Of a stretch of 32,000 nucleotides of DNA, positions 17,210 through 25,011 are shown one piece after another; within the stretch, counting starts at the first letter, position 1, and each line of letters opens with the position of its first letter. This DNA is from Nonlabens ponticola. GTDB taxonomy: Bacteria; Bacteroidota; Bacteroidia; Flavobacteriales; Flavobacteriaceae. The stretch spans positions 750,001-782,000 of the forward strand of contig NZ_CP034549.1 in NCBI RefSeq assembly GCF_003966335.1, in the 5' to 3' direction. The notes beneath the pieces are model-generated. The model saw only the letters and a list, made by a program, of their open reading frames with translations. It was not told where the DNA came from and searched no databases. Made by a program: the position numbers and the translations under genes.

Positions 17210-18346
17210 ATGATCAATAAACGCCTGCTTATCAAAAACTTGCTAGCTCATCTGGATGAGAATAGTTTTTATGACAAGAAACTGCGCATTGATCTAGGCA
17301 ACAAAGAGGGCAAGGCAAAATTCCTCAAACACATCTGTGCGCTGAGTAATTCAAACCCGCATAATAACAGTTATATCGTCATCGGGATTGATGACAAGAA
17401 AAATGAAATCCTGGGCACTGAATTTTTTGATGATTCTAAACTGCAAAATCTGATCAATGCCTACCTGCAAAATGCGCCGCAGGTCATGTATGAAAATATC
17501 GCATTTCCGCACTTGTCGTCTGACAAGGTCGTGGGTTTGGTAACCATAAATGCTCAGGAAAAGGTGACCGCACTGCGCAAGAATATTTGGAAATACTACG
17601 GTGGCGCAGTGTTTTATCGAGATGGTAGTATCTCGATGCCCAAGGATTTTGGCGGTATGCCCAGCGTCAATAATCCTGCAATTGTTGAGCAGCTAGAAAA
17701 AAAAGCCAGTAACAATATCGAGCTCACGCTGGATCGAGTCATGCAATTCATGGCGCGGGAACAACAAGGCCTGCACACGGCTTATAAAGTTTTTAAAGAG
17801 CAGTTTGTCATTTGCTGGAGTGGTAAGGTAAAAGAGCGCAAAAGTCAAGAGTATTTTAATAGGGTAGATATCGAGCTGGTCAACGAGCAAGTGCGCCTGT
17901 TTTATAGTGCTCTGGATGAGGTGCAGATATCCTACAACGATGATGAGTTTTCCATTCTAGAATATGTGGAGCTCAGCGTGGGTGACAAATCATCCTATTA
18001 CCCATTGGAGCGCAAGACTTTAAAGTTTGCACCTAATGGCACCTACAAACTCACGTCTAAAATTTTGTTCAATCCTCCGTATTATGATCGCAAGACCTTG
18101 CATCATATCTACAATTCAAACCTATCACTGTTGCACAGCATTGCTTCTGGACATCCTTTAAATGAACGCCAACTACAGGACTTGAGACGCCTTCCAGAAA
18201 CTATGCTGGTATGCAAATTCAACAATGTAGGCGAGCCTATTGACAAGATGAAAGCCCACAAAAACTTTCTCAAAACTTTCCCAGATACTTATGAAGCCTA
18301 TAAGGAAGCCCTGCGTATCTTGAGAAAAGTAAAATACAACTCGTGA
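17210..18346 (+). CDS. AlbA_2/Schlafen-like putative nucleic-acid-binding domain protein with an uncharacterised C-terminal half
   Basis: 378 aa. The N-terminal ~130 aa fit the AlbA_2 pattern (E..FYDKK......FLKHICALSNSNP..NSYIVIGIDDKKNEILG). The rest is unrecognised. Confidence 0.5.
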   Translation: MINKRLLIKNLLAHLDENSFYDKKLRIDLGNKEGKAKFLKHICALSNSNPHNNSYIVIGIDDKKNEILGTEFFDDSKLQNLINAYLQNAPQVMYENIAFPHLSSDKVVGLVTINAQEKVTALRKNIWKYYGGAVFYRDGSISMPKDFGGMPSVNNPAIVEQLEKKASNNIELTLDRVMQFMAREQQGLHTAYKVFKEQFVICWSGKVKERKSQEYFNRVDIELVNEQVRLFYSALDEVQISYNDDEFSILEYVELSVGDKSSYYPLERKTLKFAPNGTYKLTSKILFNPPYYDRKTLHHIYNSNLSLLHSIASGHPLNERQLQDLRRLPETMLVCKFNNVGEPIDKMKAHKNFLKTFPDTYEAYKEALRILRKVKYNS

Positions 18347-19086
18347 GAACCATAGTCATAGGCGACATCCACGGTGCACATCGCGCCCTTACCCAATTAC
18401 TAGATCGATTACAACCACAACCAGACGACTGTCTCATTTTCCTGGGCGATTATGTAGACGGCTGGTCACAGAGCTATGAGGTACTGGAGTTTTTGATCAC
18501 GCTTTCGCGAAAGCGTAAACAGCAAAATCACACTGCACCGATCTATCTGCGCGGTAATCATGATGAGTTGGTGCTCAATTTTCTCGTTAAAGATGAGCGC
18601 AATGAGCAGTGGTTGCATCATGGTGGGACAAGCACAGTCGAAAGCTATGCCAACAGAAGCGATGCAGATCGTGCAAGGCATGTCGCATTCCTAATTGACG
18701 AGTTGCTAGATTTTCTAGAGTTGGACGGTAATGGATTTTTCCATGCTGGATTTCACAACTTGCATGGACCGCACTATGAATACTATAAAAACTTGCCCTA
18801 TTGGGATCGCACCCTTTGGGAAATGGCCTTGTGCATAGATCCCAACATGTCACCAGATAATGACCGCTATCCTAATAGGCTCAAGATGTATAAGGAGATT
18901 TTTATAGGCCACACGCCTACCACACGACTAGGTGAAATGAAACCCATTCACGCTGCCAATGTCTGGAATGTGGACACTGGCGCAGCCTTTCTAGGACCGC
19001 TAACGGCTATGTGCATAGAAACCAAAGAAATCTGGCAAAGTGATCCAGTCCATACGCTTTACCCTAATGAAGATGGTAGAAATTAA
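18343..19086 (+). CDS. PPP-family metallophosphoesterase (lambda-phosphatase / PrpA / ApaH-like)
   Basis: 247 aa with a GTG start in a GTGA overlap with the upstream stop. Motifs GDIHG, GDYVDGW, GNHDE, GHTP. Confidence 0.85.
   Translation: MRTIVIGDIHGAHRALTQLLDRLQPQPDDCLIFLGDYVDGWSQSYEVLEFLITLSRKRKQQNHTAPIYLRGNHDELVLNFLVKDERNEQWLHHGGTSTVESYANRSDADRARHVAFLIDELLDFLELDGNGFFHAGFHNLHGPHYEYYKNLPYWDRTLWEMALCIDPNMSPDNDRYPNRLKMYKEIFIGHTPTTRLGEMKPIHAANVWNVDTGAAFLGPLTAMCIETKEIWQSDPVHTLYPNEDGRN
18499..18516. repeat. Palindromic repeat element copy 6, inside the phosphatase CDS (18-bp perfect palindrome; encodes T-L-S-R-K-R)
   Basis: ACGCTTTCGCGAAAGCGT. The flanks (tgatc...taaacagc) resemble the intergenic element flanks. 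Confidence 0.95.
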
Positions 19087-19103
19087 GTGAGCTTTATAAT
19101 ACT

Positions 19104-19131
19104 TGTCATGCTGAGTTTATCTCAGCATCTC
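19104..19131. repeat. TGTCATGCTGAG hairpin repeat, copy A
   Basis: Stem ATGCTGAG (19108-19115) / CTCAGCAT (19121-19128), loop TTTAT. Confidence 0.85.
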
Positions 19132-19169
19132 CTTGCTGTTACTTAAAGTATTAATCTACTTATTCACTC

Positions 19170-19196
19170 TGTCATGCTGAGGCATCTCAGCATCTC
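19170..19196. repeat. TGTCATGCTGAG hairpin repeat, copy B
   Basis: Stem ATGCTGAG (19174-19181) / CTCAGCAT (19186-19193), loop GCAT. Same flanks as copy A (tgtc...ctc). Confidence 0.85.
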
Positions 19197-19223
19197 TATC
19201 CTCAAATCATAAATCAACTTGAG

Positions 19224-19244
19224 ATCCTGAAACCAGTTCAGGAT
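19224..19244. repeat. ATCCTGAA hairpin repeat
   Basis: Stem ATCCTGAA / TTCAGGAT, loop ACCAG. Third hairpin of the spacer cluster. Confidence 0.8.
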
Positions 19245-19322
19245 GATATTAGTAAAATCTGACTTGAGCCAAAGACCTCAAAATTTCCTAATTTCAAACC
19301 ATCAACCTTAAAATCAGATCCC

Positions 19323-20456
19323 ATGGGAATTTTTGATAAGATAAAAGAGAAATTAAGCCACGAGTTTATTGACATTGTCGAGTGGCTGGATTATACAGAT
19401 GACACCATCGCGCATCGTTTTGAGCGTTATCAGAATGAGATTAAAAATGGCGCAAAACTCATTGTGCGTGAAGGACAGACAGCCGTATTTGTCAACGAGG
19501 GCCAGCTGGCAGATGTATTCAAACCTGGAACCTATGATCTGACCACACAGAATCTGCCTATTCTGTCAACACTTAAAGGATGGAAATATGGTTTCAACTC
19601 ACCTTTCAAGGCTGAGGTCTATTTTGTCAACACGCATTTATTTACCGATGAAAAATGGGGAACCAAAAATCCAATCACACTTAGCGATGAACGATTCGGA
19701 TTGGTAGAGATCAGAGCATTCGGAACCTATGCCTTTAAGATCGCCGATGCTGGTAAGTTTATCGTGGACATCGTAGGAACAGATAACAACTTCACGAATT
19801 TTGAAATCAACGAGCATCTCAAAAGTTTGATCGCCACGAGGTTTACCGATACGGTAGGTGAGGCGAATTTACCTATTGAATTGTACGCCGCAAATACATC
19901 TGAATTATCAGAAACCTGTCGTGAGGTGATGATGCCTGAGTTTATGAGTGTAGGTATCTCGCTAGAGAAATTCTACATAGAGAATGTATCCATGCCAGAA
20001 GATCTCAAGAAAGAGATTTTTGAATACAGCCGCATCGATAAGATTGATCTGGATAAACTCACAAAATTCAAAACTGCTAAAGCTATCGAGGCTGCAGCAG
20101 CTAATGAAGGCGGCACCGCAGGTGCAGGAATGGGAATGGGAATGGGTTTTGTGCTCGCGCAGCAAATGGGCGGTATGATGTCACCACAAATGGGTGGACA
20201 ACAAAACATGCAGCAACAGCAGCAAGCAGCTGCAATGCCACCACCTATGCCACAAGCAGTCCAATATTACTACGCTAGTAATGGATCGCAGACAGGACCA
20301 GTGCCATTTGAACAACTGCGAGCGTTGTTTGCTGGCAGAACTATCAACAGAGATACACTTATCTGGAAAAGTGGTATGGAAACTTGGAAGCCACTGAATG
20401 AGGTTGAAGAACTCAAGCAATTCCTAGGAGGTAACACGCCACCGCCGTTGCCGTAG
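19323..20456 (+). CDS. SPFH/Band-7-like protein (COG4260, YdjI-like) with Q/M/G-rich linker, C-terminal GYF_2 domain and proline-rich tail
   Basis: 377 aa. The N-terminus (MGIFDKIK..FIDIVEW.D...IAHRFERYQNEIKNGAKLIVREGQTAVFVNEGQ) is typical of this SPFH subgroup. The C-terminus (YYYASNGSQTGPVPFEQL...LIWKSGMETWKPLNEVEEL) fits GYF_2. The protein ends in TPPPLP. Confidence 0.7.
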   Translation: MGIFDKIKEKLSHEFIDIVEWLDYTDDTIAHRFERYQNEIKNGAKLIVREGQTAVFVNEGQLADVFKPGTYDLTTQNLPILSTLKGWKYGFNSPFKAEVYFVNTHLFTDEKWGTKNPITLSDERFGLVEIRAFGTYAFKIADAGKFIVDIVGTDNNFTNFEINEHLKSLIATRFTDTVGEANLPIELYAANTSELSETCREVMMPEFMSVGISLEKFYIENVSMPEDLKKEIFEYSRIDKIDLDKLTKFKTAKAIEAAAANEGGTAGAGMGMGMGFVLAQQMGGMMSPQMGGQQNMQQQQQAAAMPPPMPQAVQYYYASNGSQTGPVPFEQLRALFAGRTINRDTLIWKSGMETWKPLNEVEELKQFLGGNTPPPLP

Positions 20457-20469
20457 TCGCTGTGCGACA

Positions 20470-20544
20470 GATTGCCAATTTCTTATTGTCCATTTGTTTT
20501 GCAAATCTTCCTTTTTTTAGCGCTTTAGTTAGAAATTGGCAATC
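20470..20544. repeat. 14-bp perfect inverted repeat GATTGCCAATTTCT / AGAAATTGGCAATC enclosing a 47-nt loop
   Basis: Arms at 20470-20483 and 20531-20544 are exact reverse complements. Lies in the spacer between the SPFH and zinc-ribbon genes. Confidence 0.9.
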
Positions 20545-20605
20545 AAGTTTTACGAAGTAAAGCGCAAATCAGCAATAGGCAATAGCGTGAACCAACCATG
20601 ATTTT

Positions 20606-21694
20606 GTGAATACATCAACCTTAAATTCTGAAAGAAAGAAGTCCTGCATCAATTGTGGTGCAGAGCTTACCTATGAACCTGGAACAGATACCATAACTTG
20701 TGATTATTGTGGTCATAAGGAAGAGATTGACCAGACCGTCCAGCCTTTTGAGGAACTGGAATTACATAAGTATTTGGATTCCACGGGCTCGCAATCACAT
20801 TCGGTCGAATTGTCCATGCTGCAATGTTCCAATTGCGGTGCTACCCAGCATATTGAGGAAAACTACAAATCCGTGCATTGCGTGTATTGCACATCACCAC
20901 TGATTATTGAGGATCAATATCAAGAAGAATGGATTTTGCCTGGCGCTGTATTGCCATTTCAGTTTAAGGTGGACAAAGCACATCAGATTTTCAAAAAATG
21001 GGTTGATAGCTTGTGGTGGGCACCCAACAATTTACAGCGAGCCAGTCTCAATCCAGAATACACCAAAGGTCTCTATGTTCCCTACTGGACGTTTGATGCG
21101 CAATTGGTTGCGGACTATAAAGGCCAGCGTGGCGATCATTATTACATCGAGGTTTCTAGAGGTTCTGGTAAAAACCGCAGAACTGAACGAGAACGTCGTA
21201 CCGATTGGTCACCAGCATCGGGAACGGTTTCAGGCTTGGTAGATGATACCTTAGTCAAAGCCAGCCAAAACAAATCACGACAAATTCCAGCAAAGGTCTC
21301 ACGATGGAAACTGGAAGCGCTTAAAACTTTTGATACCAACTATTTGGCTGGATATGTTACTGAGAAATATACCATACCACTCAAGGATGGTCATCTTACA
21401 GCAAGTGAGAAAGCTAAAGAAATCGCCATTAATTGGATACGCCGTGACATAGGTGGTGACGAGCAGCGCATTACTAAGATGGATATGAAACTATCAGATG
21501 AGACTTTTAAACATGTCCTACTGCCGTTGTACATCAGTTCCTACCAGTTTGACGGTAAGCGGTATAACTTTTATATAAATGGGCAAACGGGTGCCATCCA
21601 TGGCGATAGACCCTATTCATTTTGGAAAATCTTTTTGGCGATTTTGGCAGCAGTCATTGTGATAGGCACTATTGTTTATTTGACCAATTTTTGA
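20606..21694 (+). CDS. Double zinc-ribbon protein with a C-terminal transmembrane anchor (YdjG-like)
   Basis: 362 aa with a GTG start. Two CxxC...CxxC ribbons (CINCG...CDYCG; CSNCG...CVYCT). C-terminal TM helix (IFLAILAAVIVIGTIVYL). Confidence 0.6.
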   Translation: MNTSTLNSERKKSCINCGAELTYEPGTDTITCDYCGHKEEIDQTVQPFEELELHKYLDSTGSQSHSVELSMLQCSNCGATQHIEENYKSVHCVYCTSPLIIEDQYQEEWILPGAVLPFQFKVDKAHQIFKKWVDSLWWAPNNLQRASLNPEYTKGLYVPYWTFDAQLVADYKGQRGDHYYIEVSRGSGKNRRTERERRTDWSPASGTVSGLVDDTLVKASQNKSRQIPAKVSRWKLEALKTFDTNYLAGYVTEKYTIPLKDGHLTASEKAKEIAINWIRRDIGGDEQRITKMDMKLSDETFKHVLLPLYISSYQFDGKRYNFYINGQTGAIHGDRPYSFWKIFLAILAAVIVIGTIVYLTNF

Positions 21695-21715
21695 TTTTGG
21701 ATAGGTAATTATAGT

Positions 21716-21760
21716 GATCACGCTGCTTCGACTACGCTCAGCATGTATTTCGCGAAAGCG
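21716..21760. repeat. Composite repeat: inverted CATGCTGAG-family unit fused to a degenerate half of the TTTCGCGAAAGCG palindrome
   Basis: CTCAGCATG at 21737-21745 (reverse orientation of the 19108 family), followed 2 nt later by TTTCGCGAAAGCG (21748-21760). Confidence 0.7.
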
Positions 21761-21823
21761 GTATCTTAAAATTTATCTTCTTTATGAATAACATGTTATG
21801 CTATTCCATATGAGTGTTTAATT

Positions 21824-21856
21824 AAAAAAGCACAGTCAAATGTTATGACTGTGCTT
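21824..21856 (-). terminator. Rho-independent terminator of the 21910-22392 gene
   Basis: 11-bp perfect stem (21828-21838 / 21846-21856) with a 7-nt loop, followed on the minus strand by a U tract of 4 free residues (6 T in total including the stem base). Confidence 0.75.
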
Positions 21857-21909
21857 AAATGCTATTACTTGTTTGTCGCTTTACGTACTAAAGCTGGAAA
21901 TTGTTCGGC

Positions 21910-22392
21910 TTAACTCACCTGCTTTTTGAAAATATAACGAGTTACATATATACCGTTAGAATCACCGTTGCCGCTAAAGCTTTCTACACCGCTGTTGACA
22001 AAGGCCAATTCCCATCCTTCTGAAGCAAGGTCATTGATCTTTGAGGTAACCACAGCATCGTTTGCAGCAATATTCTGAAATCTGATACCTGCAATATTGA
22101 AGAAGTTGAGCAACTTAGTTTCTTCAAAATCCTTGACACGTATATCCTTGCGACTGGATTTGTTGCGTTCATCATCTTCCTCGCTGCGCGAACTCGTATA
22201 ATCTCTAAAGTCACGATCTTCGGTACCAAAAATCATTCTAGATCTACCTATACCACTAGGCACGATGGACTCGATGACAGTCACGGTCTGGTAAACGTAA
22301 GTAGGTGCGCTTGTTGCGACTTGTGCTTCTTGAGCATTAACAAACGTACTAGAAATGAGGGCAGCGATTAGAAATATAATTCTGTAAACCAT
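21910..22392 (-). CDS. Hypothetical secreted protein
   Basis: 160 aa. Signal peptide (cleavage around VNA-QE), an acidic/basic low-complexity middle, and a C-terminal GWELAF-containing domain. No family assigned. Confidence 0.55.
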   Translation of the reverse strand: MVYRIIFLIAALISSTFVNAQEAQVATSAPTYVYQTVTVIESIVPSGIGRSRMIFGTEDRDFRDYTSSRSEEDDERNKSSRKDIRVKDFEETKLLNFFNIAGIRFQNIAANDAVVTSKINDLASEGWELAFVNSGVESFSGNGDSNGIYVTRYIFKKQVS

Positions 22393-22442
22393 TTTGAAAA
22401 ATTTAAGTTAGTACAGCTAAATTATTGATTTAAGCTTATTTC

Positions 22443-23996
22443 TTACAAGTCAAATTTAATTCCTTGCGCTAGCGGTAATTCGGTTGTGTAATTGATGGTA
22501 TTGGTTTGTCTTCTCATGTAGACTTTCCATGCATCGCTACCTGACTCGCGGCCGCCGCCTGTGTCTTTCTCACCACCAAAGGCGCCACCTATCTCTGCAC
22601 CGCTGGTTCCTATGTTTACATTGGCAATACCACAATCAGATCCAGCCACACTCAAGAAGCGTTCTGCCTCGCGCAAGTTGTTAGTCATGATGGCACTGGA
22701 TAATCCTTGCTTTACACCATTTTGAAGTTCTAGTGCATTGTTCACGTCGCCACTGTATTTGAGTAAATACAATACTGGAGCGAAAGTCTCATGCTGTACA
22801 ATTTCAAAATCGTTTTGTGCCTCTGCAATGGCTGGTTTTACATAGCAACCGCTTTCATAACCATTACCAGATAACATGCCACCTTCCACGATTACTTTAC
22901 CGCCTTCTTGAACTACTTTTTCAAGAGCATTCTGATAACCTTTAACAGCATCCTTATCAATTAATGGACCTACATGATTGTTCTCATCTAGCGGATTCCC
23001 GATTTTCAATTGTTTGTAGGCGTCAACTACTGCATTCTTTACCTGATCATACATGGATTCATGAATAATCAGGCGTCTGGTACTGGTACAGCGCTGTCCA
23101 GCAGTTCCTACGGCGCCAAATACCGCACCGATGACCGTCATTTTTACATCGGCGTCTGGTGTGACGATTATAGCATTGTTACCACCTAATTCCAATAAGG
23201 ATTTACCCAATCGTTCACCTACTTTACTGGCCACAATCTTACCCATGCGAGTTGAACCTGTTGCAGAAATAAGCGGTATGCGAGAATCAGTAGTCATCAT
23301 CTCACCAACCTTGTAATCACCGTTGATTAAACAAGAGATACCTTCTGGCAGCCCATTTTCTTTAAGGACTGTTGCAATGATATTTTGGCAAGCAACTCCA
23401 CATAAAGGCGTTTTCTCGCTAGGTTTCCATATACAAACGTCTCCACAAACCCATGCCAGTGCAGTATTCCATGCCCATACAGCTACAGGAAAATTAAAGG
23501 CACTGATAATTCCAACTACACCTAGTGGATGGTATTGCTCATACATTCTATGTCCTGGACGTTCAGAGTGCATGGTAAGTCCGTGCAATTGGCGTGATAG
23601 ACCTACTGCAAAATCGCAGATGTCAATCATTTCTTGAACCTCGCCTAGACCTTCTTGATAGGATTTTCCCATCTCATAGGAAACCAGTTTTCCCAGCGGC
23701 TCTTTTAATCGACGTAATTCTTCACCAAACTGTCGCACGATCTCACCACGTTGCGGTGCTGGCATCATGCGCCATTCCTTAAATGTGTCGTGAGCTGTGG
23801 TGATGACTTTCTCATAATCTGCAGCGGTGGTGGTGGTCACGCTGGCGATTTTCTTACCGTCAACTGGCGAGTGAGAATGTATCAATTCACCATCACCAAA
23901 ATGCTTATTTCCTGTTGAGGTACCATGATTGGTATCTTTAATTCCTAATTGTTTGAGAGCTTTTGGGATTCCAAAAGCGCTTGCTATATCTGACAT
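22443..23996 (-). CDS. ALDH7-type aldehyde dehydrogenase (alpha-aminoadipic semialdehyde / piperideine-6-carboxylate dehydrogenase-like)
   Basis: 517 aa. Catalytic ELGGNN and GQRCTS. The C-terminus (GSDCGIANVNIGTSGAEIGGAFGGEKDTGGGRESGSDAWKVYMRR...LPLAQGIKF) closely resembles antiquitin/ALDH7. Confidence 0.85.
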   Translation of the reverse strand: MSDIASAFGIPKALKQLGIKDTNHGTSTGNKHFGDGELIHSHSPVDGKKIASVTTTTAADYEKVITTAHDTFKEWRMMPAPQRGEIVRQFGEELRRLKEPLGKLVSYEMGKSYQEGLGEVQEMIDICDFAVGLSRQLHGLTMHSERPGHRMYEQYHPLGVVGIISAFNFPVAVWAWNTALAWVCGDVCIWKPSEKTPLCGVACQNIIATVLKENGLPEGISCLINGDYKVGEMMTTDSRIPLISATGSTRMGKIVASKVGERLGKSLLELGGNNAIIVTPDADVKMTVIGAVFGAVGTAGQRCTSTRRLIIHESMYDQVKNAVVDAYKQLKIGNPLDENNHVGPLIDKDAVKGYQNALEKVVQEGGKVIVEGGMLSGNGYESGCYVKPAIAEAQNDFEIVQHETFAPVLYLLKYSGDVNNALELQNGVKQGLSSAIMTNNLREAERFLSVAGSDCGIANVNIGTSGAEIGGAFGGEKDTGGGRESGSDAWKVYMRRQTNTINYTTELPLAQGIKFDL

Positions 23997-24015
23997 ATTG
24001 ATTTATGTAAAGTGA

Positions 24016-25011
24016 TTAGTCTAGCTTTTCAGCTAGTTTTTTGAATACCTTTTTAGGGTTTTTGTTCTCATAGAGAATATCATAGACCGCATTGAGAATG
24101 GGTGTTTTGGCACCATGCTCTTGATTGATTTCGTAGGCACTTTTAGTAGCGTAATAACCTTCGGCAATCATGCTCATTTCCAATTGTGCGCTGCGTACCG
24201 TGTAACCTTTGCCTAGCATGTTACCGAATAACCTATTCCTAGAAAAAACGGAATATCCCGTAACCAACAAATCGCCCAAATAGGCGCTATCGTTGATATT
24301 GCGTTTCATTTTATGGACTTTCTTGATGTAGCGCTTCATTTCCCTAATAGCGTTAGACATGAGTACACTCTGGAAATTATCGCCATAGCCCAATCCATGC
24401 GCGATACCAGCGGCAATTGCATAGATGTTCTTAAGGACTGCAGCATACTCGGTACCTATAATGTCGTCGCTTATTTTACAGTTGATGTAGTCGCTTTGAA
24501 ATTTCTCAGCCAGCGCGGCTGCTTTCTCTTCGTTTGCAAAAGCAACTGTTAGGTAGGAAAGACGTTCAAGAGCGACCTCTTCTGCATGACATGGGCCTGT
24601 GATAACGCCAATATCCTCTAGGTCGATATCATAGTGTTTGCTAAAATGCTCACCAACGATCAATCCAGTTTCTGGTACGATACCCTTTATCGCACTCACC
24701 ACGGTTTTTCCTTCAAAGGAAACGGTAAGCGGTTCTAATTCCTTGTAGAGAAACGCGCTGGGAATCGCAAAAATGCATACATCAGCATAGCCTACTATTT
24801 CATTGATGTTTGATGATAATTTGAGTTTGCTGGTATCAAACTCCACTCCTTGCAAATAGCTGGGATTGTGATCATTGCGTTTAATGTGTTCAATGGCATA
24901 ATCACTGCGCATGTACCAGCCTACTTCCTGCATGTTCTCGCACAACATTTTGACAATGGCTGTTGCCCAGCTACCACCGCCTAAAACTGCAATTTTCTTG
25001 AATTCTTCCAT
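24016..25011 (-). CDS. gpsA: NAD(P)H-dependent glycerol-3-phosphate dehydrogenase
   Basis: GGGSWATA dinucleotide fold. The ORF track extends to a TTG at 25044, but MEEFKKIAVLGGG (ATG at 25011) matches usual GpsA N-termini. A TAccTTTG -7 box lies at 25027-25034 on the minus strand, 15 nt upstream of that ATG. Confidence 0.85.
   Translation of the reverse strand: MEEFKKIAVLGGGSWATAIVKMLCENMQEVGWYMRSDYAIEHIKRNDHNPSYLQGVEFDTSKLKLSSNINEIVGYADVCIFAIPSAFLYKELEPLTVSFEGKTVVSAIKGIVPETGLIVGEHFSKHYDIDLEDIGVITGPCHAEEVALERLSYLTVAFANEEKAAALAEKFQSDYINCKISDDIIGTEYAAVLKNIYAIAAGIAHGLGYGDNFQSVLMSNAIREMKRYIKKVHKMKRNINDSAYLGDLLVTGYSVFSRNRLFGNMLGKGYTVRSAQLEMSMIAEGYYATKSAYEINQEHGAKTPILNAVYDILYENKNPKKVFKKLAEKLD

Noticed and set aside
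19962-20420. Several overlapping ORFs on both strands across the 3' part of the SPFH gene
   Set aside because: They are generated by the low-complexity Q/M/G/P-coding region. The SPFH-GYF_2 frame is the only one with recognisable domains.
17150-21760. Considered whether palindrome copies at 17150 and 21748 are the ends of a mobile island carrying the four accessory-looking genes
   Set aside because: The same element occurs throughout the window in unrelated contexts. No target-site duplication, integrase, transposase or tRNA attachment site is visible, so the flanking position is most simply coincidental.
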